This document shows, in pieces, positions 23,256 through 35,688 of a stretch of DNA of 64,000 nt. Numbering within the stretch: the stretch's first letter is position 1; every line of letters starts with the position of its first letter. The stretch is from Torpedo marmorata (lineage: Eukaryota), in contig OZ360232.1 in the NCBI GenBank assembly GCA_977017645.1, positions 28,458,001 through 28,522,000 on the forward strand. Direction: 5' to 3'. Below the pieces are notes generated by a model, which had not been told where the DNA came from, ran no database searches, and saw only the letters and a program-made list of their open reading frames with translations. The translations under genes were made by a program, and so were the position numbers.

Positions 23256-26200
23256 TTCTATTTGATACATATTTAATTTCATCTTAATACAAATTCTTTT
23301 AATATCTCCAAACAGAAATATCATAGGATCCATTGGGAGTGTAATTCTTAATACTTTGTCTAAAGACTTTTTAACTTTAAACCAAAAATCATATATCTTT
23401 GGACAAAGCTATGTAGAGTGTACAAAAGAACCTTCCTCTCTATTACATCTAAAACATAAACCTGATAATGTCGGATTAAATTTCTTTAAATTCTTAGGTG
23501 TTAAATATAATTGATGTAAAAAATTATATTGCACCAACCTATATCTATCATTAATAATCTTCGCCATACTTTGTTTACATATTTCTTTCCAATGTTCCTC
23601 ATCTATCGTAACATTCAAATCTGATTCCCATTTTAATCTTGATTTATGAATTCCTAATTTAGGCATTTTCCTCTGTAACAATCTATACATTTGAGAAATA
23701 AATTTATTTACACCTCCATTGGTAACTAATAATTCCAATTCACTTTGTCTTGGTAAAGTCAAACTATAACCCAACCTTTCAACTAATAATGCTCTAATCT
23801 GATAATAAGCAAAAAGTGTATTATTTAATACATTAAACTTCTCTTTCATTCTTTGAAAAGTAATAAATTTACTAGCTTCAAAACAATCATTTATTTTCTT
23901 AATTCCTTTTTGGAACCAAATTTTAAATAATTGATTATCAATAGTAAATGGAATAAGTTTATTTTGATATAAAGGCATTTTTCGAGAAATTAACCCTTTC
24001 CCTCCTATCTCCCTATCCACTCTATTCCATATTTCTATCAAATGTTTTAAAATAGGAGAGCTTTTACCTCCTCTTAAAAATAATTTAGAATTCCATTTAT
24101 AAATACCTTTTTCTTTCAAATCTTCTCCTATATTATTTAGTTCTATTCTAATCCAAGCAGAAGATTTTCCTAAATCAAACATTTCATTAATAAATTTTAA
24201 TTGAGTTGCTTTATAATAATTTTGAAAATTGGGAAGTTGTAAACCACCCATTTCGTAATCACAGGTTAATTTCTCCATACCTACTCTAGCCAACTTTCCT
24301 TTCCACAAAAATTTCCTAATAATTAAATTTAAATCTTTAAAGAATTTTTGAGGAATTTCATAAGGAATTGATTGAAAAAGAATCAGAATTTCGGTGTTTT
24401 CGGTGTTTTACGTCTGCATCATAGTGCAAGATATTGAATTCTTGGAAAAACATTCATTTTTATACAATTTACCCTTCCTATTAAAGTTATACGTAAATCC
24501 GTCCAACTTTCTAAATCTTTTTTAATATTCATAAATAATGGTAAATAATGTAATTGATATAAATTAGCTAATTTTGTATCTGTTTTTATTCCCAAATATT
24601 TAATTCCATCATTTAACCATTTATATCGTATAATTTCTTTACATTTATAATCTCCTTGTGTCAATGCCATAATTTCACTTTTATCAGAATTAATCTTATA
24701 ACCAGATATTTCCCCATATTCTCTCAATAAAACATTCAGTTGTGTTAAAGAAGTAATAGGTTTTGTCATGTAAATCAATACATCATCTGCAAATAAACTA
24801 ATTTTTTGTTCTTCTTTTCCAACTTTAATACCTACAATCTTAATATCTTGTCTAATTAATTCTGCTAAAGGTTCTATTGCTAAAATAAACAATGCTGGCG
24901 ACAAAGAGCATCCTTGTCTAGTTGACCTCGTCAACAAAAATTTTGAAGAAATTTGTCCATTTGTCACCACTCTGGCAGAGGGTTCTTTATATATAGTTTT
25001 AATCCAATTAATAAATGTAGTTCCAAAACCAAATTTTTACAACACTTTAAATAAATAATTCCACTCTAATCTATCAAAAGCCTTTTCAGCATCTTATGTT
25101 AATACTAATGCTAATTCTTCTTTCTTTTGTGCCACATTTATTAAACTAATTAATCTGGCTATATTATCTTATAAATATCTATTCTTAATAAAACCTGCTT
25201 GATCTACATGGATTAAATCTGGTAAATATTTAGCCACTCTATTTGCTAAAATTTTTGCCATTATCTTATAATCCACATTTAGCAATGAAATTGGTCTATA
25301 TAATTCTGTTTTCAACAAATCTCTATCTTTTTTAGGTATAACTGTTATTATTGCATTTGAAAATGTTTCCGGTAGAGAATGAGTTTCCGTTATTTGTTTT
25401 AACACCTCCATATATGTAGGTATCAATAAATCCTTAAATTCCTTATAAAATTCTGGTGGGAAACCATCCTCCCCCGGAGATTTTCCACTTGTTAAAGAAC
25501 TACGAACACCATTAACTTCTCTCATGGTAAACGATGAATCTAAAAGTTCTTTACTTTGAATATTTAATCTAGGAAACTTAATTTTAGATAAAAATTCATT
25601 AATTTTAGAATCATCTTTATCAGTTTGAGATTTGTATAAATTTGAATAAAATTCCTTAAAAGAATCATTTATTTCTCAAGGTTTATATGTTATTTTCTTT
25701 GAATTCTTTTTTATAGCACGTATAGTTCTAGAAGTTTGTTCTTTCTTTAATTGCCAGTAATTTTATTAAGTAATATTGAAGTTTCTAGAGACATAAGAAA
25801 ATTACTTTAAAGATGTCACTGTTGTTATTGGGAGAAATTCCCCTCAGTGCATCTTCAGGCAAGAACCTTGAGTCTGGCCCCAAAACTGGGGCCTTGTCTT
25901 ATTACCATTATTATTGCAACCTGCAGGAAACATAACAAGCAGCTTGCCCATTGTACAAAGATGAAAGTCAGGCTGCTTGTTTGAGCAGCAGTTGTCTAGG
26001 GGTGAATTGTAGGGGTGGGCAGGGAAATAGCAAAGGAGCCAATCACGGGCAGGAACCGCCTTCAGGAATGCTGCAGAGCCAGTGGATGCAATCCTGTTCC
26101 TCTGGGCTCAACATCAATCTGAAAACAAGAAGAATTCAGCCTTGATAAGGATCATTATCCTGACCACATCCCTGCCTGAGAAACCCAGTGAGAGAAGGCT

Positions 26201-27062
26201 TAATGTCTGTTTCATTCCAAGCGAGGCAATTTCCCTCAGGAGTCCTGGAACAGACATTAGGCCAGTCATTGGTATATGTTTTAGACGACTGTCCTGGAAG
26301 CTTGGAAAATGCTAAATTAAAACACGCCCAGCAAGGTCCATAATGGGGTTTGAATGTCAGTATTCATTTAGGTGCGCATCCAACTCATTTTACGGGGAGT
26401 CCTCATTCCTCGGGCCCACTTACCATTCAGTAAATGCACAGCAGTATTTCAGTGATAATGCACACCGGTGAATCCATAAGCTAATGTGAGGCAGGTGGGC
26501 ACTTCTGTCTCAGTAGGATCCTAACTGAAAGAACAGCATGCATATATAAACCTAATCCTCTCTCTACATCCACTGAGGCATGCTGAAGCAAGCAATCACT
26601 TTGATGAAAGCTTGTCTATTCTGTCAGTAAGACTACAATTTTGCTGACCTTCACATCTCCATAAATCCCAAATCGTTCACAAATATTAGTCATTTCTGCT
26701 GAGCAATTGACTTATTAATACATGAAAATTTGCAGACAAGAAATTACTCTGAACTAATGAAACATGGCTGTACAGATAGTTGGCTTGGAAATTAAACCTC
26801 TGCTGACATCATTATCTCATCTTAAACACCAGCGCAGCCACGTCTGACAAAAAAAAAAGAAAGCTATGCCTTCCCCACAGAAAACACAAAATACACGGAT
26901 AATTCACAATGGAAATATTTCGAAGCTGATCAGAAATAATTAACAATGTCTTGTCTATCTCCTGAGACACTAAACTGCAGGAGCTGACAAATTGTAACTC
27001 ATATTCTGCTCCGATGAAATGCTGAGGTGGTAACGATGGAAGACTGCACTGTCTGAAGTACT

Positions 27063-28150
27063 AGTCAAGTCAAGTTTATTGTCATATAAACATACGGAAA
27101 TGCTGGAGGAACTCAGCCGGTCTTTTCAGCAACCATAGGAAACAAAGTTATATTGCCGACGTTTTGGGCCTGAGCCCATCTTCAAGGAATAAGCAGAATA
27201 AGCCAGAAGCAGGAAATCTCAGAAAGTCTAAGAATTCAGTCAATGCTGGCTGGGGGAGGAATCAACATCAACATAATTGGATACGATAAGGGACAAGGTA
27301 AGAATTTATCATGTTAGTTCAAAAGGAGGCGGAAGGGAGACACAGAGCTGGGGGAAGGTGACGGGGGAAGTAGTGAGGGGGGGGGGTTAACGAAAGCCAG
27401 AGAAGTCGATATTAATGCCATCTGGTTGGAGGGTGCCCAGTCGGAAGATGAGGTGTTATTCCTCCAATTTGCGGGTGGTCTCAGTCTGGCAGTGCATGAG
27501 ACCATGGACAGACAAGTCAGCAAGGGAATGGGATGGAGAATTGAAATGGGTGGCCACGCTATTGCGGCCATCAGATATTTCTTTCCTCCAATTTGCGGGT
27601 CATCTGATTGTACAAGTACAACCCGACGAAACAGCGTTCTCCGGTCCTTGGTGCAAAACATGCAGACACACAACCAGACATAACACGCGTACAGATAAAC
27701 AATGCATATGCAGGACAAGTATTCATATATACAAATAAATAAATAAATATTGTTTCATGGATATGAGATGGTTAGTGTGAGGAGTTCCTTTTGTCGTTCA
27801 GCATTCTCACTGCCCATGAAAAGAAGCTGTTCCTCAGCCTGGTCATGTTGGCTCTGATACTCCTGTATCCCTTTCCCAATGGGAGCAGCTGAAAGATGCT
27901 GTGTGTGGGGTGGAAGGGGTTCTCAATGATTTTGAGCGCCCTTTTCAGACAACGATCCTGGTCAATGGGGGGCGAGGGAGACTCCAGTGATCCTCTCTGC
28001 CACTCTTATGGTCCTGTGGATTGATCTCCAATCCATTTCTCTACAGAACCGTACCACACTGTGATGCAGCCGTCCAGGACGCTATCGATAGAGCTCATGC
28101 AGAAGGTTGACATAAGAGTGGCTGGTAGCCTTGCCCGCTTCAGTACCTTC
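27063..28150 (-). mobile_element. Rex1-like LINE 3' fragment containing a Penelope 3' fragment (about 27087-27600)
   Basis: (GACTT)n tail, SIDSVLDGCITVWYG motif; inner part matches 1650-2120. Confidence 0.75.
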
Positions 28151-28209
28151 ATAAGGAGTATTGTTTTGAAGCTGCATGTGATCAATTGCACAGAAATTGG
28201 TGCGGAGGG

Positions 28210-28540
28210 GAATTTCAAAGTTCGAAGTCCAGATTTATTGTCAGATGACATACATGACATCACATAAACTTGAGATTCTTTTTCCTGTGGGCCAGGCAGG
28301 ATTTCTACTTATAAAAACTGTACAAAAACGTGCAAAAAAAGAAAAGATACATATTCAAAAGAGAGAAATGTAAACAAAGAAATAAATGTAAACAAACTGT
28401 GCAATTCAGTAAATAAAAATATTCAGTAATAAATAATGTGCAAAGCAAGAGTCCCTAAATGAGTCTCTGATTGGGTTTGTTGTTTAGGGTCTGATGATGG
28501 AGGGGTGGCAACTGTTCCTGAACCTGGTGGTATGGGATTT
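28210..28540 (-). mobile_element. LINE 3' UTR fragment (Rex1/L2-like)
   Basis: GACAATAAA plus GAACTTT-type tail on the minus strand. Confidence 0.55.
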
Positions 28541-30059
28541 AGTATGGGAGGTACTCAATGCAGGTAAGTTGATGGTCAACACAAATAGGTTAAATTCACA
28601 ATGTTACTGATGCAAATTCAACAGCAAAAATATCACTTACTTTCATGCCTGGAATTACTGCAATGAAGGGAGCCGTTCAGCTCATTGTTTCAATCACAGC
28701 CAAAAATAGTTCATGTAGCTCTCATTCTTCAGATTATAGCTCTAAATGCTCAAGTGAATTTAAAAGGTACGATGGCCTTATTTTAAAGAGGAATGGAGCA
28801 GGTATTCCTATTGTCCTGACCAGTATTTATTTCTCAGTCAATCCCGATGATTTAGTCATTGTCACATTTTTTTAACAAGATCTTACTGCATATTGATAAG
28901 CTGCCACCAGTCCGAGGTAGCAAAAGCAAATGCACTTTGTTAGTAATAAAGTGCTTTGGAGTATTCCAAAAGGGGCATGGGAGGTGCAGTATAGTTTGTC
29001 TTTCCCCCATTCTTTATCTTTCAAACAAGTGAAAGTTACTAATTCCTCTATCTGTCCAATGAAGTAACTCATCCTTTAATTAAAATAATGGTTTGTGTTG
29101 ATGGTGCACATTTCACAATCTCAAGACTTACCAGAGCACTTCACTGTCAAATGAGTAATTCTGAACAATAAGCACAGTGGCCACCACACAACTCTTACAA
29201 ACAGCAATGAAATCAAAACTAGATCATCCGCTTTGTTAGTGAGATTGATTCAAGGATTCAAATGAACTGAATGCCCAACTCTTCTTTAAAATGGTACCAT
29301 AAAATTTTTCAAGTCAACCTGAGTTTAAAGTTTGTATGAATGGATGGCACTCTTGACAGTGGATCGCTTCTTCATTGTTGCACTGCAATGTATATCTAAA
29401 TTATGTACTCAATTCTCAAGCATGGGGGTTGAACACATAAACTTTGACTTGGAGATGAGGATGCTACAATGAAACTTTGACCCTAAAGATCAACCAATTT
29501 CATTCACTTCTGTAATGGATTGATTGGCGAATCCAATTTTTCCACACAGTGTGTTACCAAAGCTCCTCCATATCCAGAGACTAGAAACAAATTTTACCAA
29601 GCACCCATTAAATTCCATTTCTGTTGAAGACAACAAATTTACCTTACCCACTTGAACCAGCACTGGTGAAGATCAATAATAGATTTTTCTCCATAAATCC
29701 ACCAAACTCCCTTCAATTATTGTGCCAACATCAACACACTTAGAATTCTCAATCATATTCATCTACTGTTAATGGCACCAACTCCTTCATATACAAAACA
29801 AAAACATTTATCTTCCCTCAAATTTTATTTTGTTGAAATTATTATTTTAGAAGAACTTTCTTATAATTACAATCTCTTTATGAAGGGGCTCTACAACAAT
29901 GATCGATTTACTTATAAATTTCTTATGAAAAATAAATAAATCATCAACTGATAGTTAAGGCAAATGATTCAGTACCCAGAGACACCACAAAATAGTTGTG
30001 AAGTATTCTTCAGAAAGATAAGCCCTTGAAGCTCCCAGTGCTTTCACCAGGAACGCAGA

Positions 30060-31132
30060 AGGCAGCAGAAGGTAGCAAACATAGCCAGCTTCATCACAAG
30101 CTCCAATATCCCACCCATTGAAGTCATCGATGGGAGCTCCAACTCAAGAAGGTAGCCAACCGCATAAAGGACCTCCATCACTCTGGTCACAACCCCTTTT
30201 CACTGCTACCTTCGGGTAGAAGGTACAGAAGCTTGAAGTCCAGTACCTCAGGTTCAAGACAGTTTCTTTCCAACCTTGTACCTCCCCTTGTTACATTAAT
30301 CCTGGACTGCTCCGACACCCCAAAAGGACTGTCTACACTATTGTAATACCACCTCTATTTTCTTGCACTGTGGCAACTGTAAATATTCATTAACTATCTA
30401 TCTTTTGTACTTATAATTTCTAAAACTTAATGTATACTTTTGCAGTTTTTTTTTATGAAGTACTCGTTTGGCTGCAGCAAGTCAGAATTTTGGTACACAG
30501 GTATAATGTACATGACAACAGGCGAATTATCATTATCATTATCATTATCAGCTTCACCAATTAAATTGAATTACAATCGAGTGAAAATTTGTCCTGGTCC
30601 AACTACAGCAATGTTACAACCAAGAAAATGCACCAAGGACTCCACTTTCTTAGAAGCATGAAGTAATTCAACATGTCCCCGAGGTCTCTCACCAATTTTT
30701 ACAGATGCAGCCCAGAACATATCTTGTCCAGATGCATCACAGCTTGGTACGGGAACTGCTCTGCCCAAGACCGCAAGGAACTGCAGAGAGTTGTGAACAT
30801 AGCTCAGGTCTTCATGCAAAGCAACCTCGTCTTCTCCTTCCTTCTATCAAGGAGAAGTTTCAAGAATGCAAATGCATGCAACAACAGGCTTAAACAATAG
30901 TTACTTTCCTGCAGCCATCGGGCTCCTGATGAACTCCACAACAGTACAATCACGCTGCCCTTGGTTGGTACAAATTGATCTTTCTTTTTATTGCAACTCT
31001 GCACTCTTTAAATTGTCCTCTTCTACTTTCCAAGCCTGTATGAATGTCAGAGCAAACCTGTTAGTCTGTTCGCAGAAAAATCCTTGTCACTGTGCAAGGT
31101 ATAATGTGACAAATAAACGCAAACTTATTTGA
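30060..31132 (+). mobile_element. Two old Rex1-like LINE 3' fragments
   Basis: LLPSGRRYRS-like and FYRC..HILSRCITAWYGNC motifs; (TCATTA)n tail near 30528-30550. Confidence 0.65.
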
Positions 31133-31189
31133 ACATTTTTCTCTACCTTGAACGATGTTTTTGTACTTTCCTCTATACCCTGCACAATT

Positions 31190-31348
31190 TGATCAAGCAG
31201 AGGTTGATAGGTTCTTGATTAGAAAGGGTGTCAAAGATCATAGGGAGAAGGCAGCAGAGAGGAAAAATACATCAGCTATAATTCAAATGGTGGAGCAGAC
31301 TCGATGGGCCAAATGGCCTGATTCTGCTCCTACATCTAAGGGTCTTAC
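31190..31348 (+). mobile_element. CR1 3' end fragment
   Basis: GGAGCAGACTCGATGGGCCAAATGGCCTGATTCTGCTCC, typical CR1 3' tail. Confidence 0.65.
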
Positions 31349-32234
31349 ACTGTTGTATATTTATTTGTAATTATTGCACCTCCTGCTGTATGAATTGACT
31401 TGCCTGGATAGCATACAAATCAAAGCATTCTACTCTATTTGCTACATGTGACAGTAAACAATTCAATTTGAACCATTTCAGTGACAAACTCATTCCTCGT
31501 TCAAACCATTCATATCCTTGATGAAAACCGTCATATAATTGTTGTCAATATATGCACATTCGATAAGATAACCACATTCACAAATGGGAGAAAATAACAG
31601 AGAAAACCATGAAGAATTTGATAAGAAAACTAACACTATAAAAGTGTGTTTAGCTCTGCAATTCCCTCCATAAATCTCTCCAAGTATGTATCTCTCACTG
31701 GCCTTGAAACCAACCTCACTAACTGAGCTTTTTGTCGCCTGCAGTAATACAATCCTCATGTGGTTCAGTTAAAATTTTGCTTGCAAATGCACCTTAAAAG
31801 TGCTGTATGACGCCAATTTGTTGTTGCCACTTTGCAACTGCAGAAAAATTCAAACTTAGATGCTGGATGGTGCAATACTAAAAACAATCATCTGAAACAC
31901 AGCCTTGACTTCAGGGCAGAATTTATCATTTCAATGTTCATTCATGGCTGCAAAGGGGTACTCAGCAAAATACATTCCAGCTTTATTAAATCATCCACGG
32001 CGGCCACACAAATCACTCATAATTCCTAATTGCACTCCAAGGTACCATGTGCATATTTGGTAGTTATTGGGTACTACAGAAATTTGGCAAGTCTCCATCA
32101 TACGGAGATGATTAAAATGCATGACTCTAAGTCATTTCAAATATATTGGATAATGAAGCCTGTTAAACTGCAAACCTATGGTAGAATTGCACTTGAATAA
32201 CTGTGGTGTATGAGGATAGTTTTAATCATCCCAG

Positions 32235-33928
32235 CACATCCAAGACCAAGGAGTCCTCGTGCAGGATAGCCTGAAGGTAAACTTGCAGGTTGAGTTGGTG
32301 GTGAAGAAGGCAAATGTAATGCTGGCATTTATTTCAAGAGATATAGAATATAAGTGCAGGGATGTGATGTTGAGGCTTTATTTGAGGCACTAGTGAAACC
32401 TCACTTGGAGTATTGTAAACAGTTTTGGGCTCCTCTTTTAAGAAAGGATGTGCTGATGTTAGAGAGGGTTCAGAGGAGGTTCACAAGGATGATTCCGGAA
32501 ATGAAAGGTTTGTCATGTGAGGAATGTTTGACGGTCCTTGGCCTGTACTCATTGGAATTTAGGAGAATGAGGGGGGATCTCATTGAAACATTTTGAATGT
32601 TGAAAGGCATAGACAGAGTAAATGAAGAAAAGTTGTTTCCCATTGTGGGAGAGTCTAGGAATTGTGTTATTATTAGTCTTTAGTTAAAATTATATATATT
32701 TTTTTAGAAAAGACTGTGTGGGTGGACAGGGAAAGACAGTTACACACACACAGAAACCATTTTGAGAGACGAAACATCTGCTAATTCGTTGTTCAGCTGA
32801 AGCTGTATAAACAACCATAAAAGTCAGAAGTGATTCTCCATTGAAACTAAAGACAATGGTTTTTGCTGAGAGGGGCATCTGTTCAAATAAGCTGGTTTTT
32901 GCTTCAATGGCCTGAGCAGACAAATCAGAACCATCAACTCATACTTTTGGAAGATATGAGACTTTAAACAGAAGCAGCAGTGATGTCATGTCATGTGATT
33001 ATGACAGCAGGAAGGCAACTTTAATATTGAACCAGTCTTCAACTGAAGTCAGAAATGCCGTAACATTCTGTGAGTAACACAGGATTACAGTGGCTCCAGA
33101 AGGGATGACCACTTTGCTGCTTTTCTCTGTCAAGAGAGACATCAGTGCTGCAGTGGCCATTTTAACTGGTCACATTTAACTAAAGAAGGCAAGAACATTC
33201 TTGCATATGGAACATAACCATTTTTAATGGTTACTTCTTTTAACCCTTGCCTGGGTGTGAACTCATCGTGTACAATACAAGTTCCGGGACCTCTATGCAA
33301 GAGAGGGGGATTTGTGAAAAAGTCATTCGTCTGAAGAAATATTTCTCTGAAAGCAAATCTACAAGAATTCGTGAGTTTGAGAACTTTTGAACAGCAGTAA
33401 AGACTCTGAGTTTCAACACAAAAGATTTCAAAGACTGAACTTTAAATCTTAATCATCTCTGCAGAATTGTGCCTAAACTGTAATGGTTTGGAATCTGACA
33501 CACACACACACATAGTGGGGTTAAGTTGAGAGTTAAGTAAGAAGTGTTATGTTATTAATAGTTATTAATAAAAATACCATTGTCTTGGTGAATTTCTATT
33601 GCTGCTGGTCTAGGTCGTAACAGGCACAACTTCAGGATTGAAGGGCGTCCACTTAGAACAGAGATGCGGAGGAATTTCTTTACCAAGAGGGTGGTGAATC
33701 TGTGGAATTTGTTGCCACAGGCAGTTGTGGAGGCCAAGTCATTGAGTGTATTTAAGGCAGAGATTGATACATTCTTGTTTAGCCAGGGCATCAAAGGTTA
33801 TGGGGAGAAGGCTGGGCAGTGGGACTGAGTGAGAAAACGGATCAGCTCATGATTGAATGGTAGGGCAGACTCAATGGGCTGATAGGCTATTTCTGCTCCT
33901 ATGTCTTATTGTCTTGTGGTGTTATGGT
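32235..33928 (+). mobile_element. CR1 3' portion split by a solo LTR
   Basis: [28 protein letters not shown] motif; sequence resumes at 33623 and runs to a CR1 tail. Confidence 0.85.
32663..33622 (+). mobile_element. Solo LTR, same family as 308-1271
   Basis: TG...GTAACA ends, AATAAA near the 3' end, terminal 45 bp matches 308-355 reversed. No clear TSD. Confidence 0.75.
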
Positions 33929-34379
33929 CACATGGGAGCACTTTCAAAGACAGCATTTATCACCCATCCCCAACTCCCTCTGAAGAGGGTGGTATATCTA
34001 CCTCATGAACAGGTATCTAGGTTGTGTGCAGCTGAAAACCTTGCCAGCCATTATTGAGGTAGACCAGAATCAACCCCATTAATATAGGATTAGTGCCACA
34101 TATTGATAAGCCTGGGTAAGGATGGCATGTAAAAGGATGTTAACAAAGCAACTTGACACATGTATTGATATGAGCTCTCAATTATCCTTTAAATAACCAA
34201 TCTACAAGTAAAAACCCTGGTATACGGAATTCAAGCAACTGGCAAAAAAATCGAGGAAAATAAATATAAAAAATTAAAATAAATAAGAATAAAATAATCA
34301 GTAAAATACGTAAGTTTAAAATTGTAAAAGTAAATGTTCTCTGAAGTAACACATAAACGTTTGGTGAAGATGGGAGCAG

Positions 34380-34670
34380 ATATTCAGCCAGCAGAGTGCC
34401 TTGGTCGTGCTTTGCTCGTAGCAGATGTTTGAATAAAGTTGTGTGAAACATCAATGGCGTCGTCCAGGATGAAGAGCTGGTTGATGCCGCTCGCCGTTGG
34501 GGTGACTCTCTTAAAGTGTCTTCTTATCTCTGCTTAGTAAGTGTCACCCCGATCAGACCCTTTATCCGTAAACTTGGGGGAGGGAGGGTTAATTATCTTT
34601 AATGTTATTATTCGTTTTTCGGGCGGCTCCGTGGAGGGGGAGGAACCTGCAGATGCAGCGACGGTTAAAT
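34380..34670 (+). promoter_or_regulatory. Small CpG-enriched region around ALG8 exon 1 (putative promoter/5' end)
   Basis: Cluster of CpGs and a GGGCGG box in otherwise AT-rich unique DNA. Confidence 0.5.
34454..34536 (+). CDS. ALG8: ALG8 alpha-1,3-glucosyltransferase, first coding exon
   Basis: ATG..MASSRMKSWLMPLAVGVTLLKCLLISA+TA|GTAAGT resembles the vertebrate ALG8 N-terminus (..ALALGVTLLKCLLIPTY) with a phase-2 intron inside the Tyr codon; locally CpG-rich. Exon 2 not found in the window. Confidence 0.85.
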
Positions 34671-34789
34671 GTTTTCAAAGAATGTGACTGAAAATAAAGT
34701 AAAATGCTTTAAGGTTTATATATTCGTGCAAGTGAAGTTTGTTCAGTATAAGTACAGTATAGTATTTTTGACTTTTAAACTGTTCATTA

Positions 34790-34869
34790 TTAAGTCTCAA
34801 GCAACCGGAAAATACACCTATCTGGCATCTACCAATCCCCATAGGTGCTGGATGCCAGGGGTTTTACTG
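34790..34869 (-). mobile_element. Fragment of the Tc1/pogo-type MITE seen at 61919-62121
   Basis: Reverse complement CAGTAAAACCCCTGGCATCCAGCACCTATGGGGATTGGTAG.. matches the other copy. Confidence 0.7.
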
Positions 34870-35688
34870 CATTTCCAATCATACCGAATAGCATCTTAGA
34901 ACAGAAACAGGGTATCCAAATGTAACAATTTATTCTGTAAATCAGATGGCATTTCCAGTGCTGGAGGTTCATCTTCAATGCTCAGTAAAGGTGGCTTGGA
35001 TTGAAAATATTGCCATGTAAGGATAGTGTGACCTGTTGAAAAATATCAAAAATGTTGAATTTTTTTGTGACTGCTTGCAGTATTTTGGGCTGTTCCACAT
35101 TTGAACGAGTTCACCTCTTCCTATTCAAACCATGGAACCCATCTCCTCCCATTGGCCAGGATGGCTATACTGTATTCACATAGTACAATGCAAGAGTTGA
35201 AGAAGAAGGTGTCATCATGTTGCCCCCAGGTATCATCTGATTTCTGGCCATCAAAAATCTCATTCCTGCTACGTCAATTATGAGTTTAATGTTGGAAGGG
35301 GGTGTTCAAAGTGCCTTCCACATCAACAAGAAAGGAAAATGCCTTTGATTCAGAGTGCTTTATCATCAATGATGTTTATCCAACAGCTGTTGCTTCCCTT
35401 CAAATCCCTTAATTCTGAATTACATCCTAGTCAAAAACAATTTCAATAATTACAGTGATTGACTGTAGTGTTTAGTATTCATGTTGGGCATGATTAAAAA
35501 ACGAAATATTTGGAGAAACCCAGATATGTTGCAATATTGGCAGGAAGAGTGACTAATTGTACCTGTATTAACAGGGATGTACAGCGAAGATAGATTGTGG
35601 CCACAAATCCAGAAATTGACTAAACATCCTTGAATGCACTTGCAGAACCAGGTCTCTGTAAGTGTAAAAGTTATGAGAATAGAGATAA

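Larger units (their letters stand above)
21295..25760 (-). mobile_element. L1-clade LINE, 5'-truncated ORF2, interrupted by Rex1-like insertions and an assembly gap
   Basis: GKSPGEDGFPPEFYK, YRPISLLNVDYKI, TRQGCSLSP, ISLFADD, CFRC motifs; G-rich 3' UTR. Confidence 0.9.

Noticed and set aside
29645-29770. Minus-strand exon candidates here and near 28640 and 40500-40790
   Set aside because: Splice-like motifs only; no convincing open frame or recognisable protein.
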